DNA of 61,559 nucleotides from Candidatus Micrarchaeota archaeon (GTDB taxonomy: Archaea; Micrarchaeota; Micrarchaeia; Norongarragalinales; Norongarragalinaceae), in NCBI GenBank assembly GCA_043822385.1, contig JBDRBT010000013.1, forward strand, positions 1-61,559. Reading direction: 5' to 3'. Under the pieces are notes generated by a model that was not told the DNA's origin, did not search any database, and was given only the letters and a program-made list of their open reading frames with translations. Shown in pieces: positions 51,704-60,162 of the stretch. Position 1 is the stretch's first letter; each line of letters starts with the position of its first letter. A program made the translations under genes and the position numbers.

Positions 51704-53734
51704 TCACCCCTGCGCTTTGATTTTAATTGGCGTTAATCCTTTTTCTTCATCGCAAACTGGACAGTACTCGTGTTCTCCGTTTAAGTAACCGTGTTCTGGA
51801 CAAACGCTGAATGTTGGCGTAATAGTGTAGTAAGGTAGCCGGTAGTTTTCAGCTATTTTCTTGACTAATTGTTTAGTTGCTTGAATGTCTGGGAGTTTTT
51901 CTCCAATAAAACCATGTAGTACTGTTCCGCCGGTGTATTTTGTTTGCAGTTCGTCTTGCAAGTCTAGTGCCTCGAAAATGTCGTTAGTAAAGTTTACAGG
52001 TAGTTGAGTTGAGTTAGTGTAGTAAGGCGCGGCGCCTTTCTTCCAGTCTTCCTCGTTACCTACTTTAATTTCCGGGTATTGTTTTTTGTCGTGTTTAGCG
52101 AATCTGAATGTCGTGCCTTCGCCTGGCGTTGCTTCTAAATTGTAAATGTGTTTTGTTTCTTCTTGGTAGTCTCCTAGCCTAGCTCTAGTGTGGTTTAAGA
52201 CTTTGATAGCAAATTCTCTTCCTTTAGGTGTGCCTGTTCCTTCACCCATGAAGTTGATTAGTGCTTCATTCATTCCTAGCAAGCCTATTGTTGAAAAGTG
52301 GTTAGCCCAGTAATTGCCGTAAGCTTGTTTTATTCCACGCAAGTAGTATTTAGCGTAAGGATATAAGTTTTGTTCAGTTAAAGTCTCGAGGACACTCCTC
52401 TTTATTTCCAAGCTGTCTTTAGCTAAGCCGGTTAGCCAGTCTAGTCTAACAAAGAATTCGTCCTCGTTTTTAGACGCGAATCCGATTCTAGGAAGGTTTA
52501 TGGTTACTACTCCAATGCTTCCTGTTAAGGGGTTGGCTCCGAATAAGCCGCCGCCTTTCTTGCGTAATTCCCTGTTGTCTAAACGCAGTCTGCAGCACAT
52601 GCTTCTCGCGTCTTCGGGCTTCATGTCGCTGTTAATGAAGTTGGAAAAATAAGGAATTCCGTATTTAGCGGTCATTTCAAAAATCTTGTCTGAAACTTTA
52701 GAATCCCAATTAAAGTCTTTAGTAATGTTGTAAGTCGGTATGGGGAAAGTGAATACGCGTCCTTTAGCGTCTCCCTCCATCATTACTTCCGCGAAAGCTA
52801 GGTTGAATAAATCCATTTCTTCTTGGAATTCTGCGTAAGTCTCGTTTTTTTCTTCACCGCCGATCACTACTTTGTCGTTAGCTATGTTTGCTGGGGGGTT
52901 CAAGTCTAGAGTAACGTTAGTGAATGGTGTTTGAAAACCAACTCTCGTCGGCACGTTGATGTTGAAAATGAATTCTTGAAGCGCTTGTTTTACTTCTTTG
53001 TAATTCAATCCGTCGTAACGAATGAATGGCGCTAGGTACGTGTCGAAGCTAGAGAATGCTTGTGCTCCTGCTGCTTCTCCTTGCAGCGTGTAAAAGAAAT
53101 TAATTACTTGGCCTAAAGCAGTCCTCAAGTGTTTAGGTGGTTTGCTTTCTACCTTGCCGGGTACTCCCTTGAAACCGTTTTTAAGCAAGTCAGGCAAGTC
53201 CCAACCGCAACAATACACGGATAGTAATCCCAAGTCGTGCAAGTGAAGGTCTGCATTCATGTGTGCGTCTCGAATCTCGCTAGTGTAAATGCGGTTCAGC
53301 CAGTATCTTGAAACTAGTGTTGAAGACAAGTGGTAGTTTAATCCTTGCAAGGAGTATTCCATGTTGCTGTTTTCTTTTACTCTCCAGTCTTCCTTGCCAA
53401 CGTATTCTAAAACGAATTTTTCTCCCTCGCTTACTGCTTGTTTTAAGTCTCTTACTCGCGAGTGCTGGTCTCGATAAAGAATGTATGCTTTAGCTGTTCT
53501 CGCGTGGCCTTTTTCAATTAGTGTTTTTTCAACTAAGTTTTGTATTTGTTCTACGGTAGGGATTTCGTCAGTAATGAGTTGAATTACATCTTCAGTGATT
53601 CCTTCAGCTGCCTTGCGGTCTTTTCCTCCTACTGCTTTAGCTGCCCTGAAAATTGCTTCAGTTATTTTTTCTTTATCAAACGGAACTATGGAACCGTCGC
53701 GTTTCTTGATTTTATTTGGATTCATTTGCTTCAC
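51704..53734 (-). CDS. nrdD: anaerobic (class III) ribonucleoside-triphosphate reductase, catalytic body with N-terminal ATP-cone, lacking the glycyl-radical tail
   Basis: 676 aa. ATP-cone 'IKKRDGSIVPFDKEKITEAIFRA', 'SMCCRLRLD' (thiyl Cys region) and the C-terminal Zn site 'CPEHGYLNGEHEYCPVC'. It ends at a TGA at 51704..51706. Confidence 0.9.
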   Translation of the reverse strand: MKQMNPNKIKKRDGSIVPFDKEKITEAIFRAAKAVGGKDRKAAEGITEDVIQLITDEIPTVEQIQNLVEKTLIEKGHARTAKAYILYRDQHSRVRDLKQAVSEGEKFVLEYVGKEDWRVKENSNMEYSLQGLNYHLSSTLVSRYWLNRIYTSEIRDAHMNADLHLHDLGLLSVYCCGWDLPDLLKNGFKGVPGKVESKPPKHLRTALGQVINFFYTLQGEAAGAQAFSSFDTYLAPFIRYDGLNYKEVKQALQEFIFNINVPTRVGFQTPFTNVTLDLNPPANIANDKVVIGGEEKNETYAEFQEEMDLFNLAFAEVMMEGDAKGRVFTFPIPTYNITKDFNWDSKVSDKIFEMTAKYGIPYFSNFINSDMKPEDARSMCCRLRLDNRELRKKGGGLFGANPLTGSIGVVTINLPRIGFASKNEDEFFVRLDWLTGLAKDSLEIKRSVLETLTEQNLYPYAKYYLRGIKQAYGNYWANHFSTIGLLGMNEALINFMGEGTGTPKGREFAIKVLNHTRARLGDYQEETKHIYNLEATPGEGTTFRFAKHDKKQYPEIKVGNEEDWKKGAAPYYTNSTQLPVNFTNDIFEALDLQDELQTKYTGGTVLHGFIGEKLPDIQATKQLVKKIAENYRLPYYTITPTFSVCPEHGYLNGEHEYCPVCDEEKGLTPIKIKAQG

Positions 53735-54186
53735 CTTGTTAATTTGGATATTTCTTTTTCAAACCTTTTCACGTCTTCAAATTCTTTGTAAACGCTTGCG
53801 AACCTGATGTACGCTACTTTATCTCTTTTTTTCAAGACGCGCATTACTATTTCCCCAATTTCTTTAGTAGAGACTTCCGCGCTTTCCTTGTTTAAGAGTT
53901 CTCGTTCTACCTCGCTTACCATTGCTTGAATTTCATCGGAAGAAATCGTTCTTTTTTCGCAAGCTCGTTCTATTCCGCGAACGAGTTTTGCTCTATCAAA
54001 ATATTCCCTCCTGCCGTCTTTCTTTTTCACTAGAATCGTTGTTTCAGTTCTCTCGTAAGTAGTAAAGCGTTTTCCACAATCAGTGCATTCTCGTCTGCGT
54101 CTAACTGCATTCAAGTCTTCACTGTCTCGAGAATCAGCGACTATTGTTTCTTCAAAACCGCAGAAAGGACACTTCAAGTACTCCAC
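53731..54186 (-). CDS. nrdR: NrdR-type transcriptional regulator (Zn-ribbon + ATP-cone)
   Basis: 151 aa, GTG start. 'CPFCGFEETIVADSRDSEDLNAVRRRRECTDCGKRFTTYERTE', then the ATP-cone 'VKKKDGRREYFDRAKLVRGIERAC'. Its stop overlaps the nrdD start. Confidence 0.85.
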   Translation of the reverse strand: MEYLKCPFCGFEETIVADSRDSEDLNAVRRRRECTDCGKRFTTYERTETTILVKKKDGRREYFDRAKLVRGIERACEKRTISSDEIQAMVSEVERELLNKESAEVSTKEIGEIVMRVLKKRDKVAYIRFASVYKEFEDVKRFEKEISKLTR

Positions 54187-54230
54187 CTTTTTATAAACTT
54201 CACAGTAATTCTCTTTTTTTGCTCTTTACC

Positions 54231-54274
54231 CCACTACTACCCCTTGTGGTTCCAGAGCTAATGTTCTACTACAT
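54231..54274 (-). promoter_or_regulatory. two imperfect palindromes sharing a GTAGTAG core 32 bp apart (candidate NrdR operators)
   Basis: The minus strand reads ATGTAGTAGAACAT (54261..54274) and CCACAAGGGGTAGTAGTGG (54231..54249), with ATGT/ACAT and CCAC/GTGG inverted ends. They lie between a TATA-like box and the nrdR start. The match to the AT-rich bacterial NrdR-box consensus is weak. Confidence 0.25.
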
Positions 54275-54279
54275 CTGGC

Positions 54280-54287
54280 TATTTAAA
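54280..54287 (-). promoter_or_regulatory. TATA-like box upstream of nrdR
   Basis: The minus strand reads 'TTTAAATA' about 95 nt upstream of the nrdR GTG. Confidence 0.3.
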
Positions 54288-54336
54288 GGTTTCTGCGGTA
54301 TTGTGCTGGTTTAAAAGTTTTCCTGTATTTTTTTAG

Positions 54337-54462
54337 TGCTGGGGGAGAGATTCGAACTCTCGAACTCCTAAGAGACAGGATGACTTAGTTTTTTTTAGTC
54401 GAGTTTTTTTCTAAAAAAGTCGCTTAAGTCCCGCGCATTTGGCCAGGCTTTGCTACCCCAGC
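54337..54462 (-). tRNA. tRNA-Leu (anticodon UAA), class II, with a 41-nt intron at 37/38
   Basis: GCTGGGG-TA-GCA-AAGCCTGGCCAAA-TGC-G-CGGGA-CTTAAG | intron 54382..54422 | A-TCCTG-TCTCTTAGGAGTTC-GAGAG-TTCGAAT-CTCTC-CCCCAGC-A. Confidence 0.75.
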
Positions 54463-54505
54463 ATAAGCCGTTGGAATAAATTTGTTTGTTTGTGGTTTAA
54501 TTAGT

Positions 54506-55249
54506 TTACGCGTGCTTGTTGTACAAGCTAGTAATGCGGTTAACGTAATTTACTGTTTCTTTAATCGGAGGAATGCCGTTGTATTTGCTTACTCTTGCTG
54601 GTCCAGCGTTGTAAGCAGCTAGCGCTAAATCTATTCTCCCGAAGCGGCTTAATTGCAAGGCGAGGTAGCGTATTCCACACTCAACGTTTTTTTCTACGTT
54701 TAAAATCTCGTTTTCAGGCAAGTGGCAAGCACTTGAAGCAGTTGCAGGCATTAACTGAAATACGCCTTTCGCTCCTTTAGGTGAGCCCGCGTTAGGGTTG
54801 AAACCGCTTTCCTGGTAAGCTACTGCGCAAGCTAGGAGGAACGGGTCGTTAATCATTATTTTTCGTTGTTGAGTGTTTAGTAACGGAGCATAGTTTTTGA
54901 TTGCGTTTAATACTCTTTGCGATGATTGCCCGAACGGGCAAGCAGCGTATCTTGATTTAACTGCGTTTCCCGGAATAGTTAGTTTGTATCCTGCGAGTAA
55001 TTCAGTGTTTATTGACTTAAGAAACGGGTTTGAACCAAAAATCTTGTTTTGAGAGTAATACCCCGGCAAGTTAGCTATGCTTGTTGCTTGACTGATAACT
55101 AAATCGTAGTCACTGCTTGCTTGCACGTCTTGAATTGTTTTTCCGGAATAAATTTTTACTTCATCAAACTGCAAGGCAGTTGCGAAAGTAGTGAAAAGAA
55201 TCAATGCGGCTAGTATTTTCTTCATCTTAAAGAAAGGAATGTTTTTCAA
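54506..55249 (-). CDS. secreted SLT-domain (GH23) lytic transglycosylase
   Basis: 247 aa. Signal/anchor 'ILAALILFTTFATA'. Catalytic region 'LLACAVAYQESGFNPNAGSPKGAKGVFQLMPATA' and 'AAYNAGPARV' are the SLT hallmarks. Confidence 0.8.
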   Translation of the reverse strand: MKNIPFFKMKKILAALILFTTFATALQFDEVKIYSGKTIQDVQASSDYDLVISQATSIANLPGYYSQNKIFGSNPFLKSINTELLAGYKLTIPGNAVKSRYAACPFGQSSQRVLNAIKNYAPLLNTQQRKIMINDPFLLACAVAYQESGFNPNAGSPKGAKGVFQLMPATASSACHLPENEILNVEKNVECGIRYLALQLSRFGRIDLALAAYNAGPARVSKYNGIPPIKETVNYVNRITSLYNKHA

Positions 55250-55253
55250 GCAT

Positions 55254-55823
55254 TTATTTCTTGGGTTTCTGCAGGAAAGAGAGGAAAGCAGTGTGAACTA
55301 AACCCAGGTTTTCTGGTCGCATTCCTTTCTCGCGCACGAGGAAATCGCGAACAATTACTTCAATAGTACGATAATGCGTGAAGCCTAGTGCTTCTCCAGT
55401 TAGAACGAATTTTTTGGCTTGCTCGAAGTGAGGTAAGTAACCAACTGCGAATCCGCCTTCGTTAAGTGATTCTAAAGCAGCTGGAAGTAGTTTTTCTGAT
55501 TCCGCGCAATCAAGCGTTACTAAATCAATTTCTTTCTCGTCAAAGCCGTTTAAAGCGTCTTGTTCTTTTACTTCAACGTTCGTGAAACCGGTTTTCTCAA
55601 TGTTTTTAAGAATTATTTTAGCGAATTCCGGGCGTTTTTCGTAAGAGTAGACTCGTCCTTTTTCTCCAGCAATGTTCGCTAGAAACAAAGTTAGGAATCC
55701 AGAGCCTCCGCCGCAGTCTATTGCTTTGCTTCCAGAACCAAAGCCAGTTAAAGCTACTATTAGCCCTGAGTCTTTTTGTAAAACCACAGCTGGTCCGCGT
55801 TTGAGTTTCTTGAAGTCAATCAT
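55254..55823 (-). CDS. trmI: tRNA (adenine-N1)-methyltransferase TrmI/Gcd14-like, catalytic domain only
   Basis: 'RGPAVVLQKDSGLIV', 'AIDCGGGSGFLTLFLANIAGEKGRVYSYEKRPEFA', 'VTLDCAE' and 'RPENLGLVHTAFLSF'. The start is set to the ATG at 55823 ('MIDFKKL') because the track ORF (to 55889) runs into the tRNA-Thr gene. Confidence 0.7.
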   Translation of the reverse strand: MIDFKKLKRGPAVVLQKDSGLIVALTGFGSGSKAIDCGGGSGFLTLFLANIAGEKGRVYSYEKRPEFAKIILKNIEKTGFTNVEVKEQDALNGFDEKEIDLVTLDCAESEKLLPAALESLNEGGFAVGYLPHFEQAKKFVLTGEALGFTHYRTIEVIVRDFLVREKGMRPENLGLVHTAFLSFLQKPKK

Positions 55824-55832
55824 TTTTTCTAG

Positions 55833-55943
55833 AGCCCCCGAAGGGAATTGAACCCTCGACCTATTGCTTTCTATAATTCTTTTGATCAAACTTTTATCAA
55901 AAGTTTGTACGAGGCAATCGCTCTACCGCTGAGCTACGGAGGC
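55833..55943 (-). tRNA. tRNA-Thr (anticodon CGU) with a 39-nt intron at 37/38
   Basis: GCCTCCG-TA-GCTC-AGCGGTA-GAGC-G-ATTGC-CTCGTA | intron 55869..55907 | A-GCAAT-AGGTC-GAGGG-TTCAATT-CCCTT-CGGGGGC-T. Confidence 0.75.
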
Positions 55944-55984
55944 ACTTTTACTTAATTAGAGTGTATTGTTTTAAAGAAAAACCT

Positions 55985-58900
55985 TTACTCTCTCTTGAAG
56001 CGAATGGTTATTACGCCGATTAGTATTGTTGCTAGCATTAGTAGTGCTAGAGCAATGTTTTCAGGCCATGATGGTAGCGACAAGTTTTGGTTTCCGTTTG
56101 GTGGTTCGTTGAAGTCGTAAATTCTGTTTGTTCCGAATGGGTTTGTTGCTGGAGTTCCGCGAGTGCCGTCTTCAGATCCAGTGAAGCTAATTCCTTTTGA
56201 AGCAAAGTCTGGATTCATTGGAATATCTTGACCATTGTAAATGCTAATGCTTCCAGTGCTTGGGTTGAATGCTAGAATGCCGTTTTGTCCTCTTGCGGTT
56301 AATAACGTTGCTAGTATTTCTTCAAAGTCAGGTCCCTTGACTGTTACTGCTGGTTCGCCTTTGTTGTTTTGATCGAACTTAATGTTAATGTCGCCTTTGT
56401 CTGTCGGGATAGTAACGCTGCCGTCTCCCTCTAGTTTAGGGGTTCCAGTTATCTTGTAATTAGTTATTTCGCCGGTTTCTTTATCTATTCTTTGCAGGAT
56501 TGGGTCGCCGTTTTCGTCTGTAGTAAGCAAGTATTGAGCGTCAGGTGTTTCCCAAGAATAAATTCCTTTCCCCCCTAGTATTTCTTCCAACGCTTTGTTT
56601 AATTCCGCCTCCATTTGAGGATCCTTCAGGTCAATATGTTCTATTGTAGGCGCGTCAATGTCTTTTCCGTCTAAGTTTACTTTCTCCATTCCAGTAGTAA
56701 ACCCGTTAAAGAATTTCGCGTTGCCTTCAGCTAGAACGTAAACGAACAACAAGAGTTTCTTAGTGTCTGGATCAAACTCTATTTTTGCTTTACCTGAATA
56801 AATCGTTAAGAGAGTGCCGGCAGTGATTATTCCGTTAGCGTTTTCAATAGTTACTTCGCCTTCCCCGCTTACTTTTATTACTCCGTTGTCTGCTTCCTGC
56901 GTTACTCCCTTCCTGTCTCCACTAGTGTCAATGAAAACAATTGTTTTACCGTCCAAAACGATTGTTCCAGTAGTAGTATCTATCGAAGTTACTAAACCAA
57001 GAAAGTCAGTCAAGTCTCCAGTTACAGTTCTTCCAGTTAGTTTTTCTAACTCGTCTTTAAAGCAATCAACCGCATTGCAGTTATTTCCCATGTTGAGAAT
57101 GGTTTCGCCTGATTCCTTAATATTCAAGAACTCGTCTTTACAGCCGTTCAAGCTAGTGTAAATTATTTTGTTTGGTAGAATGATTTTAGCTAATTCCTGG
57201 TTGCGCAGCCTGCTTAGAGCACGGTCAACCCATTCTGGTGAAGTGAATGCGAAAGCAACGCTGCCGTCTTTGTTTATTTTCTTGAATCCAGCGTTACTGA
57301 ATTCAAGCAAGCTTCCATCAGCATTGATTAGGGTTTCTTGAGGTAGGCAGTTGTTTGCTTTTAATAAGTTGAATAGTTGTCCTTTCACGCTCCATGAACT
57401 CTTCTCAATGTGAACGTTGAATAATTGCATTGGCTGAGTAAAACTTTTTTGGTTTTCCATTGAAGTCTTCAAGTTTAGTATTTCTAGTACTTCCCTCAAG
57501 TCGAGTTCTCCGAAGGACTCATTCAACGCGTCTTTAGCATTAATTTTATTGAATGACATGGGTAAAGCGTTTTTAATGTCGTCTATAATGCTAGCGCTGT
57601 TTGAAGTAGTCGTATCAGTTAAGGGAGTTGGGTTGCGTGCGGGAAGCGCTTGGTAAGTAAATATTTTGTATTGAGAATCCTTGCAGTTAGTAACGTAATT
57701 CATTGCTAAGTTTCCTTGATAGAGTTGAATTATTTGAGGCAGGCTAGCTGTATTAATGAATTTAATAAACATGTTATTGTATAGGGGGTCTAGTTTAGTT
57801 CCTAACGCCGCTATTTTTGCGCTTGAAGCAGTTTTTATTAGTGAAGTGTACGGTAGTAAGTATTGAACTATAAATCCTAGAGTCATTGTTGTACGGTAAC
57901 CGCTTTTTAGTGAATCTAGTTTTTCTTTAGAACAATCTACTCCATCAAACATTTCGGGGTCTATTTGTAATACTTTTGCATTAACTGCTAACCCGTAAGA
58001 TAAAACTAGTAGGGACGGGAAGCCGGTTAAAGCTCTGGCTGCAATGAACGGTAAACCAAATTGAAGTATGTACGTGAGCGTTTCAGCTTCTTCTTGTCTT
58101 TCTAGTTTTAGTAATGCGTCTGGTACTTTACCGTCTTCTGTTGAGTAAAGCATGGATAAGCTAGTGTGTTTTTCTTTGCTGGTTATTCCTCGCAAGTCTT
58201 CAAAGTTTGTTGTAGTACTGCTTCCCTTCCAGTTAGTAGTGATTAACCAATTCAAGTTTTTGTTGGTTTGAATCTTTGTTGTGGATTTAGCAGAGTTTTC
58301 AGTTAAGTCTTTTGATTCTGGTTTGTTTATTATAAACAAGCGGCCGGCTTCGAATGCTTTCCCCGGCGTAGTGAATCCAGTGTAAGAAGATAATCTTTCT
58401 TGAACCGTGCCTAATCCTAGAAAGTCTGTTGCTTTCCTGAACGCGCCTATTCCTGAATCCTTGCTTTGCTTGTTAGCGTAAATGCGCAGGTAATTAGAGT
58501 CTTCTTTTCTTATGTGAATGATTAATTGGTTTGCTGCAGCGAATGCTAGTCTAGCTGGCCCTAACCACGCGCCTCCAACAAAATAACTTGCGGCTAATCT
58601 CTTGGATGTAATCGCGGCTACTCTTTTTTGTGCTTCCTGGCTTTCAATCAAGCTTTTTACTTCAGTTTGAGTTTGAAGCATTATTTTTTCGTTACTAATT
58701 TTTGTTGCGCCCGTATCTATTGTTTCAGCAAAAGAATTGAAAGCGGATTGCATTTCGTTTAAGTTTGGTTGCTTTAAATTAATATTAACTGGGGCGGTTC
58801 CTAATGCTGAATCGCTAAAACCATTTCTACTTAAAAACGCGCTACTTACTTCTCCATTGTTTTTTAATTCTTTGAAAACTTTACCTGCGTTTTCTGCTAT

Positions 58901-60079
58901 TATTTTATCTGTTGACTGCAAATCATTGCTTAATTTTAGTATTACTTTTTCGTAAGCATCCGCATCTGCAAAACCGATGTTACCATAACCTCGTATCGTG
59001 GTTACTAATGAATCCCGATTTTGTTGAATTAATTGAATAGTTGGTATAGTATCGCTGTTTTGTAGGTTGTTTTTCATGTTAGTTAAAATTCTTTCTTTGT
59101 CCGCGATTTTATCCCCACTTACTTTAAAATTATAGAACGAAGTAATGCCAAAACCTAGTGACGCATAGAAATCAACTTGATTCCATGCGTTACTGAATCC
59201 CAACCAGTCTTCAAAAAAAGCTGGAACAATCAAGTTGCCGCCTTCATTCAAATTAAGCATTGACGTTGCTTCATCTGTTTGAATGAATTGGTTTGTGGGT
59301 ACGTCTTCTATTTTTCCGTTAGCTGGATTCGTGTATTGACCTTTTTTGCATTCTCTGGTTTCTTTGTTGCAGTAAACCAAGTCTTGATCCAGCGTTGCCC
59401 AGTACGTTACTTTACCTTGAATTTCTTCATTAAGCAAGCAAGAATCAGTTTGCATTGCCGGAACGTCGTTTAATTGTTCTAGCGTGAATTCAATTGGTTT
59501 GCCGTTTTCACCAAGCGAGTCGGGAATAACTATTTTTAGTTCTTTTTCAGGGCTCGTGTCTGTGGGAGTTACTGGCGTAGTATCGCCTTCTTCTTTTGGT
59601 ATTAAACCGTAATCTGATAAGATTCCTTTCAAGCTTTTTTCTTTTTCTTCCCCGCGTGTTTTAGAATAAGCTATTGCTTGTGGTATTGAGATTTTGTAGT
59701 TGTCTGGGTTGTCTTTGTTTTTATCAAATCCCTCGATAGTGCGTTCAGCTACTTCAATCGGGTCTTCATTCAATAATGCTGCTAGAGTAGTTATCTTGAT
59801 TTCTTTTTCAAGCAAGCTCAACGGGTCTTGAATCTTGGTGTTGGGACTCAAGGGATCAATGTACTCAGAATTTTTTTGTTGGTTTAATGCAGCGCCAGTA
59901 TCCAAGTCCGTTATTTGTTCTACTTGAGTAGTCAAAACGTTGTCCCACAAGATTTTTCTTTCTGAATCACTTATTTCAGCTACGTCGCAGTTTCCTGAAG
60001 TAGTTTGAGCGTATGCTAATGGCGCCATTAATTCTACTAGAAATAAGACGCTAATTAGGGTGAAGAAGAGTTTCTTCAT
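55985..60079 (-). CDS. giant (1364 aa) secreted protein with C-terminal TM anchor; no recognisable domains
   Basis: Signal peptide 'MKKLFFTLISVLFLVELMAPLAYAQ'. C-terminus 'LSLPSWPENIALALLMLATILIGVITIRFKRE'. Several internal hydrophobic stretches, e.g. 'LQFGLPFIAARALTGFPSLLVLSYGLAV'. The frame is uninterrupted for 4.1 kb in an AT-rich genome. Confidence 0.7.
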   Translation of the reverse strand: MKKLFFTLISVLFLVELMAPLAYAQTTSGNCDVAEISDSERKILWDNVLTTQVEQITDLDTGAALNQQKNSEYIDPLSPNTKIQDPLSLLEKEIKITTLAALLNEDPIEVAERTIEGFDKNKDNPDNYKISIPQAIAYSKTRGEEKEKSLKGILSDYGLIPKEEGDTTPVTPTDTSPEKELKIVIPDSLGENGKPIEFTLEQLNDVPAMQTDSCLLNEEIQGKVTYWATLDQDLVYCNKETRECKKGQYTNPANGKIEDVPTNQFIQTDEATSMLNLNEGGNLIVPAFFEDWLGFSNAWNQVDFYASLGFGITSFYNFKVSGDKIADKERILTNMKNNLQNSDTIPTIQLIQQNRDSLVTTIRGYGNIGFADADAYEKVILKLSNDLQSTDKIIAENAGKVFKELKNNGEVSSAFLSRNGFSDSALGTAPVNINLKQPNLNEMQSAFNSFAETIDTGATKISNEKIMLQTQTEVKSLIESQEAQKRVAAITSKRLAASYFVGGAWLGPARLAFAAANQLIIHIRKEDSNYLRIYANKQSKDSGIGAFRKATDFLGLGTVQERLSSYTGFTTPGKAFEAGRLFIINKPESKDLTENSAKSTTKIQTNKNLNWLITTNWKGSSTTTNFEDLRGITSKEKHTSLSMLYSTEDGKVPDALLKLERQEEAETLTYILQFGLPFIAARALTGFPSLLVLSYGLAVNAKVLQIDPEMFDGVDCSKEKLDSLKSGYRTTMTLGFIVQYLLPYTSLIKTASSAKIAALGTKLDPLYNNMFIKFINTASLPQIIQLYQGNLAMNYVTNCKDSQYKIFTYQALPARNPTPLTDTTTSNSASIIDDIKNALPMSFNKINAKDALNESFGELDLREVLEILNLKTSMENQKSFTQPMQLFNVHIEKSSWSVKGQLFNLLKANNCLPQETLINADGSLLEFSNAGFKKINKDGSVAFAFTSPEWVDRALSRLRNQELAKIILPNKIIYTSLNGCKDEFLNIKESGETILNMGNNCNAVDCFKDELEKLTGRTVTGDLTDFLGLVTSIDTTTGTIVLDGKTIVFIDTSGDRKGVTQEADNGVIKVSGEGEVTIENANGIITAGTLLTIYSGKAKIEFDPDTKKLLLFVYVLAEGNAKFFNGFTTGMEKVNLDGKDIDAPTIEHIDLKDPQMEAELNKALEEILGGKGIYSWETPDAQYLLTTDENGDPILQRIDKETGEITNYKITGTPKLEGDGSVTIPTDKGDINIKFDQNNKGEPAVTVKGPDFEEILATLLTARGQNGILAFNPSTGSISIYNGQDIPMNPDFASKGISFTGSEDGTRGTPATNPFGTNRIYDFNEPPNGNQNLSLPSWPENIALALLMLATILIGVITIRFKRE

Positions 60080-60162
60080 GCTTAAACAATTTTACTCGCA
60101 CAGAGTTTAAATAAGCTTCATTTTCGTAGGGCTTTAATACTAATTTATAGTAATCGTTTTGC

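Noticed and set aside
51701-51706. Genome-wide reassignment of TGA (to Trp/Gly/Sec) as the explanation for the in-frame TGA in nrdD.
   Set aside because: TGA terminates well-conserved genes at their expected ends in this same window (pelota at 3422..3424, cdc48 at 14335..14337, the UbiA gene at 23933..23935). No SECIS-like context was evident.
55824-55889. N-terminal 22-codon extension of the TrmI ORF given in the track.
   Set aside because: It overlaps the 3' half of tRNA-Thr(CGU). The conserved Gcd14/TrmI core begins right after the internal ATG at 55823.
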